Source of the DNA: an uncultured cyanobacterium
GTDB lineage: Bacteria; Cyanobacteriota; Cyanobacteriia; CACIAM-69d
DNA: 31,374 bases
Assembly (NCBI GenBank): GCA_937894105.1
Contig: CALCTI010000371.1
Location: 1-31,374, forward strand
Direction: 5' to 3'
Positions 9,921 to 18,273 of this stretch are shown in pieces. Below the pieces are notes generated by a model. The model was not told the DNA's origin and ran no database searches. It worked only from the letters and a program-made list of their open reading frames with translations. Both the position numbers and the translations under genes were made by a program. The first letter of the stretch is position 1. Each line of letters opens with the position of its first letter.

Positions 9921-10830
9921 CTATGCCGATTTTTTGCTCAAATGTTCCCGAAAATAGCTAATTGTCTTGTCCAACCCATCCTTCAGGGGGATTGTCGGCG
10001 ACCAGTCTAGCCATTTTTCTGCGCGGGTAATATCCGGTTGACGTCGTCGGGGATCATCTTGGGGCAGCGGCTTGAAATTAATGTCAAGACTAGAGTTGGT
10101 TAAACTGCGCACCGTTTCCGCAAGCTGCAAGATCGTGTACTCATCAGGGTTACCCAAATTAACCGGTCCAATATGCTCCTCGTTATTCATCATGCGAATA
10201 AACCCTTCCACTAAGTCAGACACATAGCAGAAACTACGCGTTTGGGAACCGTCCCCATACACGGTCAAAGGTTTGCCCTGTAACGCTTGGACGATAAAGT
10301 TGCTCACCACCCGCCCGTCGTTTTCCAACATTCGGGTGCCGTAGGTATTAAAAATCCGCACCACCCTTACATCAACACCATTTTGGCGGTGGTAATCAAA
10401 GGTCAACGTCTCAGCAATGCGCTTTCCTTCGTCATAGCAGCTGCGGGGACCAATGTGATTAACGTTTCCGCGATAGTCCTCCGTTTGGGGGTGACGCCAG
10501 CTGATTACGAGCTTTGGTGCGCTTCGCCAGCCCCAGCATATTTAAGGTGACGATAACGTTAGTTTTGACAGTCTTAACGGGATTGTACTGATAGTGAACT
10601 GGCGATGCGGGACAGGCCAGGTGATAAATCTGATCAATTTCTAAGCGGATTGGCTCGGTGATATCGTGACGAATTAGCTCAAAGTTAGGGTTGCCTAGCC
10701 AGTGTTGAATATTACGCTTGTGTCCCGTATAGAAGTTATCGAGACAGATAACGTCATGATCGGCGTTCATTAGGCGATCAATGAGGTGCGAGCCAATAAA
10801 ACCAGCGCCGCCGGTGATCAGTATTCTCAT
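9921..10830 (-). pseudogene. UDP-glucuronate decarboxylase (UDP-xylose synthase-like SDR), frameshifted by an apparent ~32-nt deletion near 10494
   Basis: [33 protein letters not shown] (YxxxK), RIFNTYG; sequence jumps from ...LA to [11 protein letters not shown] in another frame, so STSEVYGDPxV is missing. Confidence 0.9.
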
Positions 10831-11390
10831 AACTACACAGGATTAGGAAGGGCGCGTCGGTGCAGCGTTTGATGATGTCGGATCTTTGAACATTGAACTG
10901 GCCCGGTTAAACCAATATTTTAGTTCGTTGGTTAGAGGGCAAAACTAATGTTTACGCTGAACCTCCAATACTTTATCACGGGCATTTTGGAGCCCTGTCC
11001 GAATTTTTAGGGGCTTTTTTAAGGGGGGTATTTTTGAGGTGGGTATTTTTTCAGGCAGATTTTTCAGGCGATTTTCTCAGGCTAGGCGGATTAACGTTAC
11101 AGCGATCGCCTTGAAGCGCCTCCAAACCGCCCAAGGGCGAATGCTTAGAATGCTAGGCGCGCCGTCAATATGATCAAAGCCCTTCGTCGGTTCAATAAAA
11201 AATAAGGCGCGTGGAGACAGTTTGCTAAAGCTAGAACCACACTATTGGCTTCGCCAACTCTTTGTGAGCGGCAAGAGGTGGCGGAGCTTAGCCCAATCCT
11301 CAGCGATCGCTGCCTGCCTAGCCATAAGGAGCTTACGCAAATTCTCGAGATTGCCTAGGTGCTGAGAAATGACGTGATATGGAAATTTAC

Positions 11391-11447
11391 AGGCTATTTG
11401 AAATTTAGGCTATTTGAAATTCAGGCTATTTGAAATTCAGGCTATTT
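11391..11447. repeat. 16-bp tandem repeat x3.5 (AGGCTATTTGAAATTY)
   Basis: Read directly: units start at 11391, 11407 and 11423, partial unit at 11439. Confidence 0.95.
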
Positions 11448-11469
11448 ACAATTGCACGGCAGTTCCTGC

Positions 11470-13194
11470 TTAGGTGTCGTCAGACCAACTGCTGCGCCAC
11501 TGTAAATCTGCCTGGGCAATGTTGAGCTTTTTCTGAGTATCTTGATGCTGCTGATTTAGGGTTTCAAGCTGACTAAAGAGCTTGCGGATTTTGAGCGATC
11601 GCCGTCGCAAATCAGGATTCACCAGCTCCAGGTCGCCTAAATTCAAATGCACTGCCACCATACGCATCGGCGCAGGTCGTCCGCCGAAGGCAGGAGCTTT
11701 GGTGGGTTCAATGGTTAGGGATAACAAGTTTGGGGTTTTTGAAGAGGACTCGCGACTCAGGGATAGGTCGCCGTCAATAAACGGGTTGGCGAGGGGTTCG
11801 GGGATAGCCTTGCTGGTCCTTAAAAGCTGGTTAGTGCGATAGGAGAATTTTTGCAGCTTCGATAAAACCAGACGCTCTCGCGATCGCTGCCACTGAATAA
11901 CATCCTGTGGACTGTCGCTTTTCGTAATGTCTATCGGCGCTGTCGAATTATCTGACAACGACGAAGTGGAGCCCGCTAATCCTAAAGTGCTTAAGCCTCC
12001 GGCAGTGTCTAATTTAGACTGAATCACCAAAGGTTGAGTCTCACCTTCTATGGAAGGGGTTTCACGCCCATCGGTGCCATTTTTGATGCCATTTTCACCC
12101 TCTCCAGCGCTTCTTCCTGCGCCGTTTGCGAAATACTCTCCTAAAAAGCTGCTGCTAGTGTCGCTGCCGGAGGAGGAATTTTCAAGTTGCTGATTATCAT
12201 CTTGCTGATTATTATCGCGATCGCGCCCCAGATCCCCATCATCAGCCCTCTCCCCATTCACCGGGTCAGCTTCCGCTAAATCCTTTAAATCTTCACCTGC
12301 ATCCTCGGAATTAGCTGCCGTTTCTTCGCGATCATCCCCATCGCCTTCTGAGGGCAAACCACCCAACGAAACGGTTGCATCATTCACCGTTTTACGATCT
12401 GCTGAATCAGTAATTTCTTCTAATTGATCCGCGTCATTCTCAACATTTTCATCCGCGATTTTTTCAATATTTTCAACAGCTTCATCTTCCCCTTGCCCTG
12501 TTTCCAGCTCCTTAATATCCCTATCATTTAAGTCGTCGTCATCACTGTCATCTTCATCTTCAGCCATCACTGACTCAAGGGCGTTAGCTAACGCCTCAGC
12601 CAGCCGATCAGGAGACAACCCCGTTTCAGACAATTCTTCCGAGGAAATCTCGTTGCTTAAAACCACTAAGGTTCTATTATTTTCCCCTAGGTCGTCATCA
12701 CTATCAAAGCCGCTATTGTCCAGGTCGGAGCCTTTTCCAGACTTACCTTTCCTATTTCTACGACGCTTCCGAGAAATTCTAGCATTTGAAAACAGGCTGC
12801 TAATTATAAACTCTTGGAAAGTATCAGGATCCCTCGGTTGCTTATCTAAAACTGAGTCTAAAACATCAACAATATTTTGTTGCAGCTTCAGCCCTAATGC
12901 TTTTACTTTGGTTTGCAGCGTTTGCTTTTGCTCGACCGTCAGCGTTAGAAATGCTTCAGGGTACTGGGTCGTGCACACTTGATAGCAAGCCAAGATCAAC
13001 TGCTGCCGGGCTGTCTTTCCCAATAGGGCTAAATAATCACGATCAGCACTGTGCAGCTTCTGAGCGATCGCCTGGGTTTCAACTGATAGCCCTCGCAACT
13101 TATTTTTCAAACCTAGAATGGAGTCAGCCATAGAAGAATTATTGTTGAATTGCCCCAGTTTTTCTTCCCGATTTTGTAATTTTAGTTTTGCCAA
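11470..13194 (-). CDS. Hypothetical protein: helical N- and C-terminal regions flanking a long acidic low-complexity insert
   Basis: 574-aa ORF directly downstream of tsf; RQQLILACYQVCTTQYPEAFL and QADLQWRSSWSDD resemble a recalled cyanobacterial family; start uncertain. Confidence 0.75.
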   Translation of the reverse strand: MAKLKLQNREEKLGQFNNNSSMADSILGLKNKLRGLSVETQAIAQKLHSADRDYLALLGKTARQQLILACYQVCTTQYPEAFLTLTVEQKQTLQTKVKALGLKLQQNIVDVLDSVLDKQPRDPDTFQEFIISSLFSNARISRKRRRNRKGKSGKGSDLDNSGFDSDDDLGENNRTLVVLSNEISSEELSETGLSPDRLAEALANALESVMAEDEDDSDDDDLNDRDIKELETGQGEDEAVENIEKIADENVENDADQLEEITDSADRKTVNDATVSLGGLPSEGDGDDREETAANSEDAGEDLKDLAEADPVNGERADDGDLGRDRDNNQQDDNQQLENSSSGSDTSSSFLGEYFANGAGRSAGEGENGIKNGTDGRETPSIEGETQPLVIQSKLDTAGGLSTLGLAGSTSSLSDNSTAPIDITKSDSPQDVIQWQRSRERLVLSKLQKFSYRTNQLLRTSKAIPEPLANPFIDGDLSLSRESSSKTPNLLSLTIEPTKAPAFGGRPAPMRMVAVHLNLGDLELVNPDLRRRSLKIRKLFSQLETLNQQHQDTQKKLNIAQADLQWRSSWSDDT

Positions 13195-13241
13195 TAACGT
13201 TCGAAAAAAAACAACTTAATGGAAGACTCATCTTTTACTTT

Positions 13242-13880
13242 TTATGGGGAAGGATAGGTTATCAGCTCGTTCCCAAGCTCTTCGCCCAAAATAAACCGAC
13301 TAAAACGGCGAACCCGAATCTCTTCACCAAACCGAGCAATCGCCTTTTGCACCAGCTCTTCTACGTTAATACTTTGATCGCGAATATAGGGTTGGGTCAG
13401 CAAACACATATCTTCCAGTCGCTTTTGCACCCGCTCTCCAGCAATTTTTGCTTTGGAATCCTTTGGCTTCCCCGCCAAATCATCTCGCCCCAGTTCCAAC
13501 GTTTGCTCTTTTAAAATCAACGCCTTGGGAATATCAGCGATTTTGATATATTGCACCTGGGAACAAGCGGCAATTTGCATAGCGATATTGTGGGCCAGGT
13601 CTTGAAAATCAGAGTGCTTTGCCACTGTGTCCGTTTGGCAATTTAGCTCCACCAATACACCGATGCGGTTGCCGGTATGGAGATAGCTAGCGATCGCCCC
13701 TTCCGCCGCCGTTTGCCCCACCGTCGGAGATTCCGCCGCAATCCCTCGCTGACGCAACCACTCCAGCGCCTTAACCAAATCACCATTGGTCGACACTAAA
13801 GCACGCTTGCAATCCATAATTCCCGCGCCAGTTTGAGCCCGATGGATCTTGACCTGGTTCGCCGTAACGATTTCCGCCAT
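13242..13880 (-). CDS. tsf: Elongation factor Ts, short cyanobacterial type, unusually divergent
   Basis: TGAGxMDCKRAL, AAEG, RIGVLVELNCQTD, AMQIAAC, IRVRRFSRFILGE; downstream of rpsB; ATG at 13880 (MAEI). Confidence 0.92.
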   Translation of the reverse strand: MAEIVTANQVKIHRAQTGAGIMDCKRALVSTNGDLVKALEWLRQRGIAAESPTVGQTAAEGAIASYLHTGNRIGVLVELNCQTDTVAKHSDFQDLAHNIAMQIAACSQVQYIKIADIPKALILKEQTLELGRDDLAGKPKDSKAKIAGERVQKRLEDMCLLTQPYIRDQSINVEELVQKAIARFGEEIRVRRFSRFILGEELGNELITYPSP

Positions 13881-13949
13881 GGTGGATTCATAAAGGTCCA
13901 ACCCTAATCCTATGGGGAATCGCGGGAAATATCACCCCAGCCGCATCAT

Positions 13950-13981
13950 TTGAATGTTGTGAACTTGAATGTTGTGAACTT
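13950..13981. repeat. 15-bp tandem duplication (TGAATGTTGTGAACT x2) in the rpsB-tsf spacer
   Basis: Read directly. Confidence 0.9.
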
Positions 13982-14053
13982 TAATCAAAGTCCCCCCAAT
14001 AAAAAGAATTGAGGGGAAGATAACAAACACCCAAACGACGCAGACCTTTACGG

Positions 14054-14857
14054 TTAACCGTCGCTAGCCTCAGTGGTTTCCGGTGCAGCCTCTTCGGGGG
14101 CCGCCTCTTCGTCCTCGTAAACCTCATCCTCAAAGGACTCAGCATCATACTGATCGTAATCATCGGTGCTCAGTTCACCGTGACGCCCTTCGTAAATGGC
14201 ATCCGCAAGGCGGCCGATAATTAGCTTGATGGAACGAATTGCGTCATCGTTGGACGGAATGGGCACATCCACCACGTCAGGATCGCAGTTGGTGTCCAAC
14301 AGGGACACGATGGGCACACCCAGCTTGATGCACTCTTGAACTGCGTTGTACTCACGACGCTGGTCAATGATTACAACAATGTCCGGCTGGCGGCGCATAT
14401 TTTTAATGCCGTCCAGGTACTTCTTCAGCTTTGCCAGCTCCCGGCGCAACACGGAGGCTTCTTTCTTGGGTAGCAGATCCAAAGCTCCGGTGGCTTCCCG
14501 GCGCTCTAGTTCCTTCAAGCGCTCAACTCGCCCCTTAATGGTGGACCAGTTGGTTAGCATGCCTCCCAACCAGCGCTGGTTAACGTAGTAGCCACCACAG
14601 CGGGCTGCTTCCTGGGCAATGATGCCAGCAGCTTGGCGCTTGGTGCCCACAAATAGGACGTTTTTACCTTGCTCAGAGGCGTTGCGTAGGTACTGGTACG
14701 CGGATTCCATGCACTGGGCAGTTTGCACCAGGTCGATGATGTGGACGCCATTGCGAGCGGTAAAGATGAATGGATCCATTTTTGGATTCCAACGACTGGC
14801 CTGGTGGCCAAAGTGAACTCCTGCTTCTAGGAGTTCTGCCAAAGAAACGACTGCCAT
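14054..14857 (-). CDS. rpsB: 30S ribosomal protein S2
   Basis: [39 protein letters not shown]; AAGGAG SD upstream. Confidence 0.99.
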   Translation of the reverse strand: MAVVSLAELLEAGVHFGHQASRWNPKMDPFIFTARNGVHIIDLVQTAQCMESAYQYLRNASEQGKNVLFVGTKRQAAGIIAQEAARCGGYYVNQRWLGGMLTNWSTIKGRVERLKELERREATGALDLLPKKEASVLRRELAKLKKYLDGIKNMRRQPDIVVIIDQRREYNAVQECIKLGVPIVSLLDTNCDPDVVDVPIPSNDDAIRSIKLIIGRLADAIYEGRHGELSTDDYDQYDAESFEDEVYEDEEAAPEEAAPETTEASDG

Positions 14858-14980
14858 TATTTTTCTCCTTTCGGGTTTTAGCCTCCACCCAGGTTGTTTT
14901 GTAACGCTGGCGGTGCGCTGATTTTGACGTTGAATGCCAAATCTGCCGCCAACGCATAAACCCGAAACCTTGGGTGTGCG
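14858..14980 (-). promoter_or_regulatory. rpsB 5' leader RNA (t44/S2 autoregulatory leader-like)
   Basis: Minus strand: CACCCAAGG pairs with CCTGGGTG, followed by GAGGC; TTTCGGGTTT pairs with AAACCCGAAA just before the SD, in crossed (pseudoknot) order as in known rpsB leaders. Confidence 0.75.
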
Positions 14981-15198
14981 ATGTTTTAATTTGCCGAGCT
15001 AGCTTAACACGATTGGTGATGGGGTTGGCTTTTGCCTGTTAAGTCTGGAGCGGCGGGCGGTGGGTGTTTGTGTGAGAGGATAAGGGGGCGGAGCGATCGC
15101 CCAAAGATTGCTAAACAAACGCCTTCATAACAAATACCAACCGCCCAAAAATCGCCATTTTTCCACAAATCTTGTGAGGATTGACAAAGGATCACGCT

Positions 15199-15609
15199 AT
15201 GAAATTCATTGTTGGTTTGGTGGCCCTAGTGGGAATTGGCGGAGGCTTGACGCTAACGAATCCGTCGCCAGAAACCTATGCGGAAGAGGCAAGCCATAAG
15301 CTAGTGGAAAAGTTGCAGACAGAAACGTGTTCGGAGCTGTCTAATACGTTTGGGATTAATCTCCAGGAACAGTGTCGCAATGTGGTGGCGGATTTAAGAC
15401 CTCAGCTGAAAGGGCTGATCGAAACAAGCACTGAACGGACAAATTTGGGCGTGGTGAGCCATTACAAGACAAAGTTGACGGCGGATTCTTTGTTGCCAGA
15501 TTTCTTGTCGGGACAGTTGCCGAGCTACGAAGTGGAAAGCATTGGCGTCGCGACTCAGTTTATGTTTTACCGCGCAGAAGAGGTGCCAGCGCCGGAAGAG
15601 AACAGTTAA
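15199..15609 (+). CDS. DUF4359 family secreted or membrane-anchored protein
   Basis: Hydrophobic N-terminus, LTNPSPETYAEEA, STERTNLGVVSHYKT and YEVESIGVATQF motifs. Confidence 0.75.
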   Translation: MKFIVGLVALVGIGGGLTLTNPSPETYAEEASHKLVEKLQTETCSELSNTFGINLQEQCRNVVADLRPQLKGLIETSTERTNLGVVSHYKTKLTADSLLPDFLSGQLPSYEVESIGVATQFMFYRAEEVPAPEENS

Positions 15610-15623
15610 AAAAATACCCTCGT

Positions 15624-15629
15624 TAGAAT
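15624..15629 (+). promoter_or_regulatory. Putative -10 element (TAGAAT) upstream of the tRNA-like cassette
   Basis: TAGAAT a few nt before the first structured element; no clear -35. Confidence 0.45.
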
Positions 15630-15631
15630 AA

Positions 15632-15693
15632 TTGGCGTGCAGCACTTTTGTGGCTCGGGTTCCGTATGCCCGGTCGGTGCGCGGCGCTAACCA
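15632..15693 (+). ncRNA. Possible highly degenerate tRNA-like element ending in CCA, no T arm
   Basis: TTGGCGT pairs with GCGCTAA followed by CCA; internal hairpin CGGGT-TCCGTAT-GCCCG with a 7-nt loop; no TTCRA loop. Confidence 0.25.
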
Positions 15694-15723
15694 TTGCCCC
15701 TGCGTATTCCAAGTGTTCACATC

Positions 15724-15797
15724 TCTCGATTCGCCAAGCGGTAAGGCACTGGTGCAGAATCCAGCATTCACGGGTTCGATTCCCGTATCGAGGTCCA
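15724..15797 (+). tRNA. tRNA-like gene on a tRNA-Gln scaffold with an aberrant anticodon arm; anticodon not assignable
   Basis: Acceptor TCTCGAT/ATCGAGG, D arm GCC-AAGCGGTAA-GGC, T arm ACGGG-TTCGATT-CCCGT, CATTC variable loop, encoded CCA; anticodon arm CTGG-TGCAGAAT-CCAG is 1 nt short. Confidence 0.75.
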
Positions 15798-15871
15798 AAA
15801 GCTAGCCAAGCGGTAAGGCAACAGATTGTGGTTCTGTCCATTCGCAGGTTCGATTCCTGCGCTTTTAACCA
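15796..15871 (+). tRNA. tRNA-His(GTG)-like gene lacking the His identity elements
   Basis: D arm GCC-AAGCGGTAA-GGC, anticodon arm ACAGA-TTGTGGT-TCTGT, T arm GCAGG-TTCGATT-CCTGC, acceptor (C)AAAAGC/GCTTTT(A), A73, encoded CCA. Confidence 0.8.
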
Positions 15872-15961
15872 ACCTAAACCCTGAAAAGGTTTAACCCTCG
15901 TCTTTTAAACGAGACCCTGGTAAACGCTATGCGTTGCGGTTCAACTCCGCGTTTTTTGGGA
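15869..15961 (+). tRNA. Degenerate tRNA-Lys(TTT)-like element with a long variable region
   Basis: Anticodon arm CTCGT-CTTTTAA-ACGAG, T arm GCGG-TTCAACT-CCGC, hairpin AAACC/GGTTT at the D position; weak acceptor stem, no CCA. Confidence 0.55.
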
Positions 15962-16272
15962 CTGGAGCGATCGCCACTAGCCCACCATCGCCGAACTCAT
16001 AAGGAATAGCCACGTTGGACCTACGGGAAAAACAGGGCTAAACCTGAGGGGACGGCGACGGCAGGCAGCGGAAAAGTAACCCGCGCGGTTTGCTCGTCAA
16101 CATTCACGGGTCGGTCTCTTTCAGCTTTGGTTCTTTATGGCTGGCTACGGCTGGTTGTGGATAATTCAAGCGAAACAGCCGTGCTCCTGAACTTTGACCG
16201 CGATCGCCCGTTACGGATCCGCTTGTGGCGATCCTCCATCCCTTCAATATTTGTTTGTTTACTTCAGTCTCC

Positions 16273-17823
16273 ATGCTCTTTTTCAAAACCTTTTATATCA
16301 AGCCCACCGAGCGCGGTTTGCTCTTCCGCCGCAGTGATTTCAAACAGATTTTGCTCCCCGGCACCTATCGCCACTTCGGTCGCCACTGGAACGTCAAAGT
16401 TTTTGATGTGCAGCAGGCGCGGCTAACGGTAAACAACCTAGAGTTTTTGCTGCAAGAGCATGGGGACGCCTTCGCTGAGCAGTGCGAAATTATACGCACC
16501 GGGTACAACGAAGCAGCATTGGTCAAGACGCCGTTGCAGTGGTACACCGTGGAGCGGGACGAAATCGCCGCATTCTGGCGCGGGTGGAATCAAGCCAACC
16601 CAGTCACAGTGCATCGGTTCAACCTGGACGACACCTTAGAAATTCCCGCCGACCTGGTATCTCAAATCCAGCACCGCCCAGAGCTAACCTCCGCCATCCG
16701 CTTTGTCAGCGTTACGGAAGATCAGGTAGCGCTGCTTTATCGCGACGGCGACTTCGTACGGCTCCTCACCCCAGGCATCTACGCATTTTGGAACGTGGAT
16801 CAAGACCTAACCGTGCAATTTAATCGCAGGCTGGGGGGCATTTTGACGGTCAAAGATCCTGAAAATCTCATCAATAACCATCCCGAATTTGTCGAAGAAT
16901 ATTGCGAAGTGGCCACTCTGTCGGAAACAGAAATTGCCATTGTGCGCGATCGGGGCAATGTGATCGACGTGCTGCCACCGGGAAGCCGCCGCCTGTTTTG
17001 GGAAGGGGTAACCATTGAGGTGATCGATACCCAAGCCCAGCCCCAGCTTACGGAGCGGCAAGTTAAAGAATTAATTCTCGGGCGCGACCCCGTAAAACGT
17101 ATGACCGCATCCCTGGCTCAAGCGATACAGGTGCCGCCCCAGCACGTAGGGTTGTCTTACGAATCGGGCACACTGGCGGAAACTCTAGCACCGGGCTGGC
17201 ATAGCTGGTGGTTAGTGGGGCGCTCCAGCACATCCGAAGTGGTTGACCTACGCCTGCAAGTGCGGGAAGTCTCGGGACAGGAAATTCTGACCAAGGACAA
17301 GGTGGCCCTACGACTCAACCTCACCACCGGCTACCGCATCACCGATCCCACATTGGCGTTGTCTTCCCTGAAGAATGTGCAGGAGTACCTGTATAAGGAG
17401 CTACAGTTTGCCCTGCGGGGGGCGATCGGCACCAAAACCTTGGACGAGCTGCTGGAGGATAAGGGGGCGATCGATGGGGAAGTGTTGCAGTATATTCAGC
17501 CCAAAGCATATGAGTATGGGGTGGCGATCGCCTCAGTGGGGGTCAAAGACATCATCCTGCCTGGGGAAATGAAAACCATCCTGGTCCAGGTAGTGGAAGC
17601 GGAAAAGTCTGCCCAAGCCAACGTGATTCGCCGCCGAGAAGAAACTGCCGCCACCCGCAGCATGTTAAACACGGCACGGGTAATGGAAAACAACCCCATG
17701 GCCATGCGCCTCAAGGAAATGGAAGTGCTGGAGCGCATCGCCGAAAAAGTGAACGGCATTGAAGTGCGAGGCAGTTTGAACAACCTGCTGTCAGACTTGG
17801 TTAGCCTAAATGACCGTGGCTAA
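16273..17823 (+). CDS. SPFH/Band 7 slipin family protein with an expanded N-terminal repeat region
   Basis: C-terminal VSGQEILTKDKVALRLN, GVKDIILPGEMK, AQANVIRRREETAATRSMLNTAR, LKEMEVLERIAEK; ATG at 16273. Confidence 0.9.
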   Translation: MLFFKTFYIKPTERGLLFRRSDFKQILLPGTYRHFGRHWNVKVFDVQQARLTVNNLEFLLQEHGDAFAEQCEIIRTGYNEAALVKTPLQWYTVERDEIAAFWRGWNQANPVTVHRFNLDDTLEIPADLVSQIQHRPELTSAIRFVSVTEDQVALLYRDGDFVRLLTPGIYAFWNVDQDLTVQFNRRLGGILTVKDPENLINNHPEFVEEYCEVATLSETEIAIVRDRGNVIDVLPPGSRRLFWEGVTIEVIDTQAQPQLTERQVKELILGRDPVKRMTASLAQAIQVPPQHVGLSYESGTLAETLAPGWHSWWLVGRSSTSEVVDLRLQVREVSGQEILTKDKVALRLNLTTGYRITDPTLALSSLKNVQEYLYKELQFALRGAIGTKTLDELLEDKGAIDGEVLQYIQPKAYEYGVAIASVGVKDIILPGEMKTILVQVVEAEKSAQANVIRRREETAATRSMLNTARVMENNPMAMRLKEMEVLERIAEKVNGIEVRGSLNNLLSDLVSLNDRG

Positions 17824-17917
17824 TGCATTTCGTCCCAACCAAGGGGCTGCGAAAAATGAGTTAAAGGCACAGAAGATATCTGGAGCGGAACTTTTTACGC
17901 TCACTGGGACCTCCAAA

Positions 17918-18273
17918 ATGCAAGATCCATTAGTGCGCGCAAGGTCATTGTTGAAACAATCAGCGGGTTACCTGATAACGCATTAACAGAACTGGCCGAC
18001 TTCGTAGATTACCTGCGATACAACGTGGATTGACGCACAGCTCAACGTTCTGCCCAACAGTTTTCCTCGCGCCACTTTTTATCGGCGATCGCCACCTCAG
18101 GAGACTCTCGAAAAAAAGAGGGTGATGCAGCTCCCGCAGGACAAGTTAAAGGCGTTCCAGGCGCAACACTATTGCGTTTCGCTGGAGCAATTTCCGTCGA
18201 TGACCTTCAAGCGATGGGCAAAGCTATTCAGCAATATTGTGGGCGGATCAACCTAGGGCGTGTCATCAATTAA
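17918..18273 (+). pseudogene. Mosaic of two antitoxin-like fragments (DUF2281-like piece fused to a VapB-like C-terminus)
   Basis: Frame 1 reads KVIVETISGLPDNALTELADFVDYLRY, TGA at 18031-18033, then FLSAIA...KGVPGATLLRFAGAISVDDLQAMGKAIQQYC; candidate ATG at 17918 is out of frame by 1. Confidence 0.6.

Noticed and set aside
11005-11085. T-rich degenerate motifs (TTTTCAGGC-like) upstream of uxs
   Set aside because: Too irregular to define a unit or binding site; low-complexity intergenic DNA
14858-14980. Pseudoknot-like pairing in the rpsB leader as a novel RNA
   Set aside because: Matches the known S2 autoregulatory leader architecture; listed as a feature instead
15751-15760. Assigning tRNA-like unit 1 as Cys(GCA), Leu(CAG) or a quadruplet frameshift suppressor
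   Set aside because: The arm is one nucleotide shorter than canonical, not longer, no register gives a valid U33 loop with a 5-bp stem, and the body is Gln-type; TGCAGAA could be a corrupted TTCTGAA
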